Below, piece by piece: positions 49,066 through 60,255 of a DNA stretch of 64,000 nucleotides. The translations under genes were made by a program, and so were the position numbers. Origin of the DNA: Cyanidioschyzon merolae (taxonomy: Eukaryota); NCBI GenBank assembly GCA_000091205.1, contig AP006502.2; one strand, 5' to 3'. The notes under the pieces are model-generated. The model was not told the origin of the DNA. It made no database searches and saw nothing but the letters and a program-made list of their open reading frames with translations. Every line of letters begins with the position of its first letter. Within the stretch, counting starts at the first letter, position 1.

Positions 49066-50354
49066 TCACCAGTTGCCATACGGGAGACGTGGATTCATCT
49101 GTGGAACGGGGCATCGATTATTTGACGTGACAAGCACAGTGAACACCCGGCATGCGCTTGTGAACAAGTCATCACGGGCGGCGTGGCGTATGTTTCCTCG
49201 TGCATCCACTGGAGAGCATTGCTGCGCCCATGAGCTTCCTTGAAACAGAGAGATCCAAATCTTGAAGCAAGCGAGATTTCAGTACGCGACACATAACGAA
49301 TGGAGAAGCGTGGAGATTTGTCCATATGCGTTGGATTCTGATAACGCATATTTTACGAAAGCTTGTTCGTAGGCGAGATGGATCATCCAGATTGCTGTAT
49401 TCTAACGAATTCCGGGGTAAGGGAATCCAGGGATGCACTCCAGGAAAACAACATATGAATCCGTTAGCTTTTGTTGCTGGATTCCGAATGTTGACGTTGT
49501 ACATGTGAACAAATGTCGAACAGTCGCAAGTCAAGAGCAGAGCGAGCACTGAAGCGTCCCGTTTTTATCGGACACGACCACAACGTCTGCGTGATACTCG
49601 ATCACCACTAGATCACTGGATCTGTTGCATTCTTATTCAAGGGGAAAATTTCGGAACGGGGGCCTTCGAATATGGAAGCGTTCACATAGCGGGCCTCGTT
49701 GGTAATACACTGACGAGTGACAACATTGGGCCACCCAGCGGAACCCGGTTGTACGCATCCAATCGACACTGCAGGAAGGCTACAGCCGTTGTGTGTACAT
49801 GTCGACACTCAACGGAGACGACAACCGTTACTGATAACGCATCCAAGCCCAGCTTGTGTGCATGAGATAAAGCCAAAATGCTGCGTATTTTGTAATCAGC
49901 GGAGAAGGTGCGGCAGCGCGCTTATCCTTGGGAAAGTTTCCCAAAGAGATCGTGCACAGCAACGAACTGCTATGCTTTGAAGCTGGTTTTTCCGCGTACG
50001 AACACTGCGGTAGGTCACTGAAGCGACGTCCACAGCCAATATGAGAAGACGAACCAGAGCCGCGAACCCTAGGATACTCTTCGCAGCTGCGCTGGCTGCG
50101 AGCGCTCGTCGAAAGTGCTTGCTGCCCAGAACGCAGTGCCGCTCTTGCACCCATACGGCTCTGAGACTGTGACGCACCTGGCGTCTATGGAGAGTAGCAC
50201 ACGTTAGCGGTTGACGAATGTAGTGCGGACAGCAGTCTACCTTGGTTTGCGGCTGTCTGAGCCCAGGTCGCTGAAGCGGATGCGCACGCCTCGTACGCGC
50301 TACAGGACCCCAACTGCCAGACGTTTCTCCGTGCGGAAAAACATAAGCTTGTGT

Positions 50355-50378
50355 GCAGCAGCAGCAGCAGCAGCAGCT
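50355..50378. repeat. (GCA)8 trinucleotide microsatellite, intergenic
   Basis: gcagcagcagcagcagcagcagc read directly. Confidence 0.9.
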
Positions 50379-50705
50379 AGGTATTGCATTCGTCGGTTTA
50401 AGTAGCCTGTACACGTCTATGCAGTGCGCTGAACCGAGGCCGCGATGAGAACGACTGCTTCTACAAGCGCACCGCTTGATTCCGAGAGCGCTGTGCTCTC
50501 TGAAGCATCCTTTTTGTGTTGGAAAACAAGCCACCAAGTCACACCATGGGCCAGCGTTCCTCGAATCGTTTCTGATTCCGCACATATCTCCGAGACCAGG
50601 ATTGAGCGGAAGCCACGGTTTCGATGTCCAGTCCCGGTCCTTGCGGAATGTTGTTGCACCCTGCGCGTATCGTCGAGTGGCACATTCGTATACGCACGAG
50701 CCACA

Positions 50706-52016
50706 TCACTGCGTATTCCATTGCTGGACTTGCGCTGGCTGAGACGCTCTCCAGATACCCGTTCCGATCTTGTATGTGAGATACAGTAAAGCGAAGATTC
50801 CGAAAAGTATCCAGGATCCCAGCAGCGTACCCAAAAAGTAGTGTTGCCGCAAAAAACGCCGCCATCCCACAAGTACCCACTCAAAGTGCATCGTCGCGGA
50901 GCCGTCCTCCATTTCCATGAACGGAAACTGTGCTCGATCATACGCGGAGGCGCTTTCCATCGCCGCAAACTGGTAGAGCTCCAGCCGCACGAGCATTTGC
51001 ACTGGCGGATGCGAGCGAACAAAGCGATCGTTGATCCACTCACCGATACCCAGCGGTATCAGAGAAATGAGGCCGCCTAGCAGCTGGTCACGGAATAGTC
51101 GACGGATCACATTATCGCTGAGGACGCCTATCCAGTGAGCTACCGTTCGCAACATCACCACGGCAAAATGAAAAGCCGCCCTTCGGGAAGCATTCCACGT
51201 TCGAAACACAGGCGTGCTCCGTGCCTCTTGGACGATTTGCAAAGTAGCACAACGGAGCAGCTCAATGCTACGCAGCTGAGCGTCTCGGCTCGCGAGACCG
51301 ACCGGCTTTTGGGTCCAGCGCCAAACGCTCAGAGCGCTCAGAAAGGAATGCGGCAACGTGAGAAGGCTTTGCATGGCCCGCTCAGTGCTCGAACGATAGG
51401 CCAAAACGCGGACGCTGCGCCGCTGCTCACAGAGCGGTAACGCAGGTACCCTAGCCCGCCGGTATACTCGCGGATGCGGTTCCTGCCACATCGTCAGAAC
51501 CACCGTCACAGTCCCAGCCTGCTGATTTCGGACCGACTCTGGCAGTACCCAGTGCAGGACAGCGTTAAGTGTACCGCTCGCTTCACAGCGACCTTGCCCG
51601 TCACTCGACGGCATGCAGCGGTCTGGGTTACGAGAGCGACCGCTTTCCAGCGGTACGAGTGTTCGCCGCCTAGTCCATAGCCTGCGAACGAGCAGAGAAG
51701 GCAGCGCCGCTTCCGCTTCGGCAATAACAATCCCCAGCGTGTCGTTTTCGGGCATTCTCGGGGTGAAAACGAAGGCAAGAGGTGCAGAGAAGCGCGTCCG
51801 AAATGGAACGCCCCAGTATAGAACGTTCAACTGCACGAGCACTGCACAGAAGAAGAGTACGACAAGCACGAGTCCAGTTTGCCATAGCTGTTGGAAAAAA
51901 TTGAGCTGCTGTACTCGCTTCGCTGGTTCAGCGTTCCTACTTCCTGGTGCTGCGCGGGTGTGCTGCTGCCGCCAGGGCAACCGTCGCAGCGCCGGCGTGG
52001 TGCCGCCAACATCCAT
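50706..52016 (-). CDS. Seipin-like ER membrane protein (lipid-droplet biogenesis), tentative
   Basis: N-terminal TM (LVLVVLFFCAVLVQLNVLYW). Luminal block ASGTLNAVLHWVLPESVRNQQAGTVTVVLT resembles the seipin core (L.LPES.vN...G.F.V.l). C-terminal TM (LLGSWILFGIFALLYLTY). The ORF-track start at 52043 is TTG. ATG is at 52014-52016 (MDVGGTT...). Confidence 0.5.
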   Translation of the reverse strand: MDVGGTTPALRRLPWRQQHTRAAPGSRNAEPAKRVQQLNFFQQLWQTGLVLVVLFFCAVLVQLNVLYWGVPFRTRFSAPLAFVFTPRMPENDTLGIVIAEAEAALPSLLVRRLWTRRRTLVPLESGRSRNPDRCMPSSDGQGRCEASGTLNAVLHWVLPESVRNQQAGTVTVVLTMWQEPHPRVYRRARVPALPLCEQRRSVRVLAYRSSTERAMQSLLTLPHSFLSALSVWRWTQKPVGLASRDAQLRSIELLRCATLQIVQEARSTPVFRTWNASRRAAFHFAVVMLRTVAHWIGVLSDNVIRRLFRDQLLGGLISLIPLGIGEWINDRFVRSHPPVQMLVRLELYQFAAMESASAYDRAQFPFMEMEDGSATMHFEWVLVGWRRFLRQHYFLGTLLGSWILFGIFALLYLTYKIGTGIWRASQPAQVQQWNTQ

Positions 52017-52968
52017 TCCACCAGCAAAACAGGTTGAGAGCAAGAGCTACCTTGAGAATATATTTTCACACTTTCATGACTTGTCACCGACGACAAAGAA
52101 GTGTGCACACTCGAGCGCAGCTTCGCCAACAGAAACCCCTACTTGGGCGCTTTCGAAAGGCGGCATGGTAATCGGGACGCACTTGTGTGTCCGATGGCGC
52201 GCGCCTCGGCACACACAGACGACGACTGCGTCTTCGACTGAGGCAAGTTGCTGCCTGCCCCAGATGGGCCCTGCCAAGCCCCCGGGATATCTGGGTGGAA
52301 GGCATTGATCGTCGGCGACGTGCTTAGGAATCGGGTGGGATTTCATCTGCTCATTCGAAAGATCCGAAGTTACGCTGCTTGTGTGGATGTATGGGAACTC
52401 GTTCAGATTCTTCGAGTTTACAGTGGAGAAACAAGGACGTCAAGAGGTTCTTTACCTCTCAAACGCAAAGCCTGGTCATACCGAACCCTAAAGCGGCCGT
52501 CGGACGCACTTCTGATACCTGGAACAAGGCACGTGGCGTACGCAGCAGCCTCTGTGCACCAACAGCACGTACTCAGGCAGTCTGCACTGGTGTCCAGCGG
52601 GGCGCTTACGCCGGGCACTCGGCACCCGGGGAATCGGGTGATCTGCCGGGTATTGCCGACGAAACGTATGCGCAGTGGTCGTTTACGGAGTTCTCAGATC
52701 CGATGTGGAATCCATGACGATTCCTGAGATGCCGAAGAGTGTTGCGAGCAGTGAATCATCCGCTGTTCAATGTCAATCTCGTGTCGATCAGGAATACTAT
52801 CGACGCTGCGCTGAGGAAGCGCTGCTCCCGATATCGGGCAAACGGCACGCGGAAAGCGCCCCAGCAGCGCCGTGACGCCGCCGATCCACTGCAGCGTCTC
52901 CGGCAGCGCGCAGGCGGCGAGAATCAGGCTGCTTGCCTACAGAACTTACGGAGGCATTGAGCTCAAAA

Positions 52969-53832
52969 ATGTCCAGAATGTCGAGGGAGCCGCTGTGTTT
53001 CGTGGTAACGGGTGCTCAGCCTCGGCAGCGTGCAGCTCCAAGTGTACGATGTCCGACACCGAGACCTCTCGCTGGCACGGACCGGTGTCCAGTCGTCGTC
53101 GGGGTATGCCGCCGGCGTTCCGGCGTGCGCAAAGCACCGCTGGTGCCGCTCTCGGAACGCCTCGTGCTTAGCACTGTTGAGGACGGGGTCGTTTATCAGC
53201 AACTCCGTGAGAAACTGCACGGTGCCAGCGTGTACCTCGTGGGCATGATGGGCTCTGGCAAGTCCACTCTGGGAGCTTACCTCGCTAAAGCACTTGAGTA
53301 CGCTTTTATTGACACGGATGTCATTATTGAGAGGACGCTGCAGAAAAGCATACCGGAGATCTTTGCTCAGGATGGTGAAGAAACTTTTCGGGACGTTGAG
53401 AGCCTCGTACTCGAGTCGCTGCAAAGCCACGTCCGAACAGTGGTTGCGACTGGCGGTGGCGTTGTACTACGGCAGCGCAACTGGGGAACCTTGCATACGG
53501 GACTCGTTGTGTACCTCAACGGAACGCCCGATATGCTCGCTAAACGGGTGCAGGGCGGTGCGGGTCGCCCGCTGCTCTCCAATACAATGCACGCACCAGC
53601 GGACTCGACTATTCCTGAACCTGCGGCAATTGAAGCACTCAGCGCGCGTCTCGCGGAGATTCTTTCGGAGCGCGAGCATTTCTACAGACAAGCCGATGTG
53701 ACTGTGGAGCTTTTCCCCGACTGTTCCGTGGCAGAAACGTCCCGCGCTGTCGCAGCAAAGCTCATTCGATTCATCGAAGAGAACCCGTCCGCATCGTCGA
53801 AGCATCGCCGTCAGCACAGTTCAGCATCATGA
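52969..53832 (+). CDS. Shikimate kinase (monofunctional, AroK/SK type) with an N-terminal basic/Pro/Arg-rich extension consistent with a plastid transit peptide
   Basis: Walker A VYLVGMMGSGKSTLG, shikimate-binding FIDTDVIIE, GGGVV LID region, and colinearity with bacterial/plant SK. The ORF-track start at 52933 is TTG. In-frame ATGs are at 52969 and 52978 (MSRMSREPLCF...). About 80 aa precede the kinase core. Confidence 0.85.
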   Translation: MSRMSREPLCFVVTGAQPRQRAAPSVRCPTPRPLAGTDRCPVVVGVCRRRSGVRKAPLVPLSERLVLSTVEDGVVYQQLREKLHGASVYLVGMMGSGKSTLGAYLAKALEYAFIDTDVIIERTLQKSIPEIFAQDGEETFRDVESLVLESLQSHVRTVVATGGGVVLRQRNWGTLHTGLVVYLNGTPDMLAKRVQGGAGRPLLSNTMHAPADSTIPEPAAIEALSARLAEILSEREHFYRQADVTVELFPDCSVAETSRAVAAKLIRFIEENPSASSKHRRQHSSAS

Positions 53833-55414
53833 TTTGTGTATGTATCTGGCTGGGAACAAAGAGCGTCCCATGCCAAAAAAGAACACGAGTGAATGGATTT
53901 GCGGTCGTTCGGACCAGTGCAGTGGTGCGGTCGGTGTTCCGGATCATCCTGGAGCAAGAGCGCTGCAGGAATCTGAATGGCATGAAGCGCTCTTGCTTGC
54001 GCTGTGCGGTACCCAATGAAACCCATGCCAATGCCCCCTCCAAGGCTTGCTCGTATCGCTCACCTTAGAATGTGCTTCCTGCGACCGTATGCGCGCCGTT
54101 GACAACACTCACACAGATAGGGTGTCGCTTCCGACCCAGCAAGCCTCGCATCTGCGGCTGCATAATTATAGGAGCGCGTGTCACATATTTCAAAGAGTCT
54201 AGCCTTCAATAGACGGCCGCGTTAGGGTGCGTTGCATCACCGGCAAGCGCTGCTGGACTAGATTCTACTAAACAATGATGTCTACTCTTGGACTTTTAAG
54301 CCCGCGGGAGAGTCGCTCTCATTCCAAGGATGCTCGCGTGCCGCTCTTCGGCGTAACGAAAGATATAAGGGTCATCTGGGCGATTTCCTGTAGGTGATCG
54401 CTGGTATCAAACTGCGCAGGACTGCTGTTCACTACTTTGATGATGACGCTGGCATCGCGGGTGTTCAGCGTCGAAGCGCCGAGCGCACTCCCGTACAATC
54501 CTGGGATACAACGCCTACTTAAGCGATTCGCTCGAAAGGCTTGCCGAGGACGTGCTCAAACAGCACGCCCATAAAGGCTATCGGCTCTGGTCGAGCGTTG
54601 CGCTGCAGCACTGCTGTTGTATGACGATGTAGACCATGAAACCGAGCTACAGCGCGGGGCCGTTTCCACCAGAGGAGCGCGTCCATTCGAGGGGCCTTCA
54701 TCGACATGCCTCGCGATTGGTCATCGTATACCATCAAGCGATTATCAGTAGCCCATGATATCCCTCTAGATCGAGCGTGGAACGAACGGTATGGATACGG
54801 AGCAGCTGACCAGCGTTCAAAGTCGGATGCGTTCGGGAAACTGGTGCTCAAGGAAGAGACGACCTGCTCGTATCTCATGAGTTCCCGGCAGCATCCAGTA
54901 CCGTAAAAGTGTACGACTCGGGATCGATTCACCACCGAGCCTGAGTTCATCGAAGAAAACACTCCGGCCGATGCAGTCTTCACTGCGTTCCGGCAGTTTT
55001 CGCCGCTGGGATGCCGTGCACTCGCCCGGTAAGCATAACGGTACCGCAAAACCTCGCTCGTTTCTCGACAATGAAAGCTATTTGCGTTCATGAGGAAGCA
55101 GGGCGTCCAGGATGAACACGGGAACCCAGTGCCCCCGACACGCTCCTGCGATGAACGTGTGCGCCCAGCCGGTGTATCTCTTTACGGAAACGACGTTTGT
55201 GTTTGTTTGGCGGACGAACTGGAGTCAAGTCCATGCTGCGTTGCTCAACGAGCGCTGCGACGTGCACACAGCTTCGATAAAGCACTTTAGCGAGTGGTTG
55301 TGTGCGCTGTGCTCGGCTGTCTCGAGGAGTTTTGTTGTCGAGACGCGAGGCAGTTTCCGAGGAACGTTCCCAGAACACCGTAAAACGAGATCGGCCGGGT
55401 TTGGGCTCAGGCAA

Positions 55415-55517
55415 GTGCAGGTGTTTGTGGAACTTGTCGATTCTCTGGTACGCTACACATCAAAAAAGGTGTCGTTTGCTAGATTTCGAGACACACCGGT
55501 GCAGGTGCCTGTGGAAC
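55415..55517. promoter_or_regulatory. Pair of 19-bp direct repeats (GTGCAGGTGYYTGTGGAAC) 84 bp apart, 45-150 bp upstream of the ketopantoate reductase start codon
   Basis: gtgcaggtgtttgtggaac at 55415-55433 and gtgcaggtgcctgtggaac at 55499-55517. The overlapping ORF 55302..55538 shows the repeat as KCRCLWNLS / RCRCLWNVT. Confidence 0.3.
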
Positions 55518-55563
55518 GTCACCGGTTTCCCGGTGTAGAGCGTGCTGGCAACACGAGACGTGC

Positions 55564-56982
55564 ATGGAGGTACAGAGCTGTTCCCTATCACCGAGTCGAC
55601 TACCCCGCGTCGCTGTTGTCGGCTCAGGCGCTATCGGACTCACGCTGTTTGGAAAACTTGTCTCTCTGTACCGAGCTAGTTCCCAGAGCTTCTTCTCAAG
55701 CTTGACGCTCGTTTGTCGTACCGAGGAGAACGCCCGGTGGATCACCAGCCGGGGCGGTATCGCCCTGTATCACGCTTCCAAAACCGAGACACCAGCCACA
55801 TGCGCCTCCGGAGACCTCGAATGGTGTGCGCTGCAACCTCCTGCAGTGAACGTCGTGGATCAACAACGCTTCGCAGAGACTCCAGTGGACCTCGCGCTGG
55901 TCTGCGTAAAGAGTCATCAGGTCGAATCTGTCGCTCCGCTTCTGCGACGCATGTTCGAGCGTCATCGCGAGGCTGGTGTTGTGGTTCCCCTCTGCAACGG
56001 CATCGGGCATGTGGCTCGTTTGGCGACTGCGCTGCCTGCGGATGTCGCTGTGTTACCAGCAGTAACCTACTTGGCAGCGGAGCGGATCGAACGGCATACC
56101 GTTAAGATTCACGGAGCGGGCGCAACCTACGTGCTCGTGAGGGGTAGCTCGCATGCGTCAATGGAGACGCGTCCGAAGCAGGCAATAAACGCCTTCTCTC
56201 GCGAAGCATGCAATGCCGCGAACACGGCAGACCAGACGGAGAGACTGAGAACGCTCCCAGCAAGCGAAGGTGTCGGTGCAACGCGGCTGCCGGCACCAGC
56301 GCCCAACGCTTCCAGTTCGCCAGCGTTACCAGTCGTTACCGGACAAGCAGCGCTTGCGTACCCTGTTGGTACCATGCTGCAGCCGGAGACGCTCCGAGCG
56401 ACCCGGCGGTTCCAGGATGATATGCACTCTGAACCATGGGGCCCTGCACTGCATCTGAGCGCCGCACAGTGCCGCTTACTGGATGAGGATCGCGGCCTCT
56501 GTGCCTGGCTGAATGCCGCTCGACTGGGTCCAGCGCTTGTAACCAATGACGAGCGACCTTTCGTGGAGAAATTGGCGGTGAATTGCGGTGTCAACGCGGT
56601 CGCTACCTTGCTTGGCGTGCGAAACGGTGAGCTGCTGCATCTTCCAGACGCCTGGCAGGTTACCGAGTCCGCTGCAATGGAGGTGGCGACCCTGTTTGGC
56701 CTGCCGCACGCAAGCATCGGGCCACGGCTTCGACAGATTGTCGAAGCGACCTCCGGCAACGTGAACTCGATGCTAAGCGATGTGCTTGCGGGTCGCGTTA
56801 CGGAAGTTGATGCGCTGAACGGCGCTGTGGCTCGACTGTCTATCTCGAGAACGAATCGACCTTCGGTGGTGAACGCGACGCTAGCAGCGCTCGTGCGCGC
56901 TCTGTCTCAGCGTCAGCATCAAGCAGAGTGCTGCATTGCCACGCCACAGCAAACCCATCCTCCCGACACGATTCACAGGTAG
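55564..56982 (+). CDS. 2-dehydropantoate 2-reductase (ketopantoate reductase, ApbA/PanE family) with insertions
   Basis: N-terminal Rossmann block RVAVVGSGAIGLTLFGKL. C-terminal KPR block NVNSMLSDVLAGRVTEVDALNGAVARLS (compare SSMLQD...GR.TEID.LNG). ATG at 55564. Confidence 0.75.
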   Translation: MEVQSCSLSPSRLPRVAVVGSGAIGLTLFGKLVSLYRASSQSFFSSLTLVCRTEENARWITSRGGIALYHASKTETPATCASGDLEWCALQPPAVNVVDQQRFAETPVDLALVCVKSHQVESVAPLLRRMFERHREAGVVVPLCNGIGHVARLATALPADVAVLPAVTYLAAERIERHTVKIHGAGATYVLVRGSSHASMETRPKQAINAFSREACNAANTADQTERLRTLPASEGVGATRLPAPAPNASSSPALPVVTGQAALAYPVGTMLQPETLRATRRFQDDMHSEPWGPALHLSAAQCRLLDEDRGLCAWLNAARLGPALVTNDERPFVEKLAVNCGVNAVATLLGVRNGELLHLPDAWQVTESAAMEVATLFGLPHASIGPRLRQIVEATSGNVNSMLSDVLAGRVTEVDALNGAVARLSISRTNRPSVVNATLAALVRALSQRQHQAECCIATPQQTHPPDTIHR

Positions 56983-59900
56983 CCCAGCAGCAGCGCATAT
57001 GTACGATAGGAGCGACTTGCGGAGATCCCGTGTGAAACCCCGTATCCAACATCGATACTGGTGCCGGATGCATGCAGGAATATCGCGCTGGTGGACGCAA
57101 CCGCAAATATTGCTTTGTGTGATGTGATGAAAGCGCTCTGTGGGCATTGTGAAGGACGCAGTGCCTCGACTGGATCGGATCCCGAGGAAGCGTACACTGT
57201 TTTCTTTTGGCGGGGCCAATGCCTGACTTGGGTCTGTGGCTCGAAGCGGCAGGGCATCTCGACAGAGCGCATGAGGTAGCCGCTTTCACGCACTGAGACG
57301 CGGGGTCTGCGTCTGGGGCGCGGTGTCGGTTACCCCGTGCCAACGAAGACCCCAGCATCCAGCGATTCGAATCGAGAGGCATCTCAAGCAAAAGACGCAT
57401 TGACGAGAGCGTCGCAAGCAGCGATGCGCCCCAGGGCGTTGGTGTTCAGGCGAATCGTTGTTTGAATCAGCGTCCACTGGATATGTTGTTTGGGGAGAAT
57501 CCAGAAAGCAACCTGGTCTAGACAGAATGTGAATTCAAAGGCAACTGCTGCTGCCGCTGCCGCTGCATATTATCCGCGAAATGCGGCTCGTCGATTGCGC
57601 GATAGAGCGGTCTCGAACTGAGCGGCTTCAAAGCTGTCGCAATGAAGCGTGTCGCAGATATTCGTGATATTGTCAATGGGATTCGCGGATATTCGGCGAC
57701 ATGTCGAAAAAGGCACCTCGCTTGAACAGAACAAAGCCGGGAGTTGAAGACCAAGCGTGGTTCCGGACGGAAGCCTCCACCCGGCTTGGGTTCGTACCGA
57801 GGCAAGCGCAGCAGCCGAGTCTTTCACTCCAGTAGACGCTCGCATACGTTCTCGTCATCATGCAGCGCTATGGATGCATGCAGAAGTGTCGGGCCTCATT
57901 TATTGGCGGCAGAGGCTTCTCTTTACACGCAGTCTGTTCGAATACCTTGTTGGAGCGAGCTCTGATTTCTCCCAGTGGACTTGGATGATCTGAGTACGAC
58001 TCACCATGGGCGATGCCCAGGACGCTCCTTTGTTCTTGCCCGATACTAACGGCCATTTACGAGCACCCTCCCGGGATCCTCAAAAGGGATGAGGGTGTCG
58101 CGGTAAGCTCCGTCGGGCCTGTTGACGCCTCCGTCACCACCGAGAAGACCATTTACGAGAGTACTGCGCTCTTCATGGTGTCAGGAAAGCTCAGCGAGTG
58201 ATCGCAAAGCGAGGCTGACTGCTGCGCTTCATGTGCCTGCAAGCACCGTAGACAGCTGGCCCAGCGCGTTCCCTGCGTATCGAGTCTCTCTGGCAGTCTA
58301 GTCAGACGGTGATGCTCGGCATCCGAACACCAAAGTTCCGGTAGACATGGATGCGTGCTTCTGATGCTGTGCATGCTACAGCGAGTGCCGTTTGTGCTTG
58401 TCCACTGCATCCCGAAACAGATGCGGGAGAATATTGCACCTACCCCACGGAAAAAAAAAGCGAAGCACGTGTCCAGTCCGAGTTCTCTTACCTGCCAGGG
58501 AGCAACGCTATGCAAGCGCTTGTTGCAGCGCAGTTCGAGTTTCTTCGCTTCGTATCGCCCGGAAGCGAACATGCGGCAGCGGTCTCATCGGTAAAGCGTC
58601 TGAAAGTAAACCTGCCTGTGCACTCAATGTGGTTCGATATCGTGTGCAAATGAGGCTGGTCAAGTCGACACTCGGTGTTACGTGACCACGTAACATGCAT
58701 ATGGCCTGCCAGCAGCCACGCAAACCATTTCGTTGCGAGCAAGCAACACTGAGGCCTCTACAAGCGTTCATAGCTCTGTAAGGCAGCGCGCGAGCCCTGT
58801 GTGTCGGCACGTTGGTAGCGATCCCGCGTCTTGCGTTCCGGCCAGCGCTCTCCACGCGGTGGCTGATTCGTCGCTCCTGCAACTCGACAAAGCGCGAGCG
58901 CAGCACGAACGAACAAGTACCTTAAGCGCTGCCGACTGCGAAATACCTCAAAAGCAGTTGCTGCTGTGGTCGTTGTACTCGTGCGAAGAACCCAGAACAA
59001 GCACGTCGACGTTGGACGTCTCTGTCACTGACTCGTAGCTAGAGACTATCGCGACAGGTCGAAATCGCACACATCTTTTGGCGAACGACTTGTTCGGTGG
59101 CCGTGAATCGTAAATTCTTTCGTATAGCTGCCCGCTTTACACCAGATCCACAGACTAGCTGACGTACACGCTGGTGCTGTGTCTGCGCTACCGCGGACAG
59201 CGGCGTGTTCACGCGTGCTGGCAACCCGCTCAAGACGCCGTTGGTGTACAGCAGGTCAAGATCCAACGCTCCCGTCGCGTTCAAGTCTTAGAGTGTCTTC
59301 AGCCGTCAACCAGCAAACAAAACTCTCTAAGACCAGTTTCGCAGCTTGTCGAGGCTGCTTCGAATTCGCACGGAGGCTGCGGTACCACGAGCGCTCATCG
59401 ACATTCAGGCGCCCGTACCCAGCGGGCGGCGTAGGCAGCGCGGATGTCGTCGACGATGGTACTCACTTGTACAGAAATGTTCCGTCTATCAATATCCATC
59501 GCAGTGGGGCAGGCGCTACACCATGCGCTCCACGTGTCCGGCTGCAGCGGGTGAACGCCAATAGCTTGCGCTTGGGCATGTGCCCAGCGGTGGCTACGGA
59601 TAGCGCTGAACGATCCAGGTCAGGCACCGCATCCACCAGACGAGGCTGGCACGAGCTCGGGACCCGGGTACTGGACACCACACGGCTCGGGACGAGCGCG
59701 CAGAGAGCGCTCTGGCGGCCTGGAGCGGGTGCGGCAAGCGAGACGCATGAAAACGTCATGCTTGGGCGCGCATATTCGCCAGCAGAAGGCACGCTCGGCA
59801 TCCGATGGAATGTCTGAACGGACGAGAATCTTCGAACGTAGGCATAGGGTTGGGATTCGTCGAGCCTGGGAGCATGTTGTAGCGCGGTGGACGCTGTCCC

Positions 59901-60255
59901 GAACGCGACGATCCATGACACGATTCTGGGATCCGTGGTCAATGGAAACGTGTCCCCCAACCGAGGCAAAGAAATACGCGCTGGACACGTAGCATCGAAT
60001 CGCCAGTCGAGGGCGTGCGTGTAACAGGTAGACATGTGTCCATAAAATGACAGATATGTACAGATGTCACGTGACGTGACGGGAGGGATCCCCAGCAGCG
60101 CCAGCGGGCTGCCAACGCCGCGTTGCTCCGTCTCGCTTCATTGCGCGGCCTGCGTACCGGAGCGGCGCCCTTCCTGGACCTGCCGCAGTGGACACACCTT
60201 GAAACGCAGGATCCTGTACACTCCGCTCGTTGAGGTCTGCTGTACAGCGCTCAGA

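Noticed and set aside
57130-57300. Possible degenerate fourth copy of the dispersed repeat (ggaagcgtacac...gttttcttttgg...gcgcatgagg)
   Set aside because: Only short patches of similarity, below what I can align confidently by eye. Listed for completeness, pending a computational alignment.
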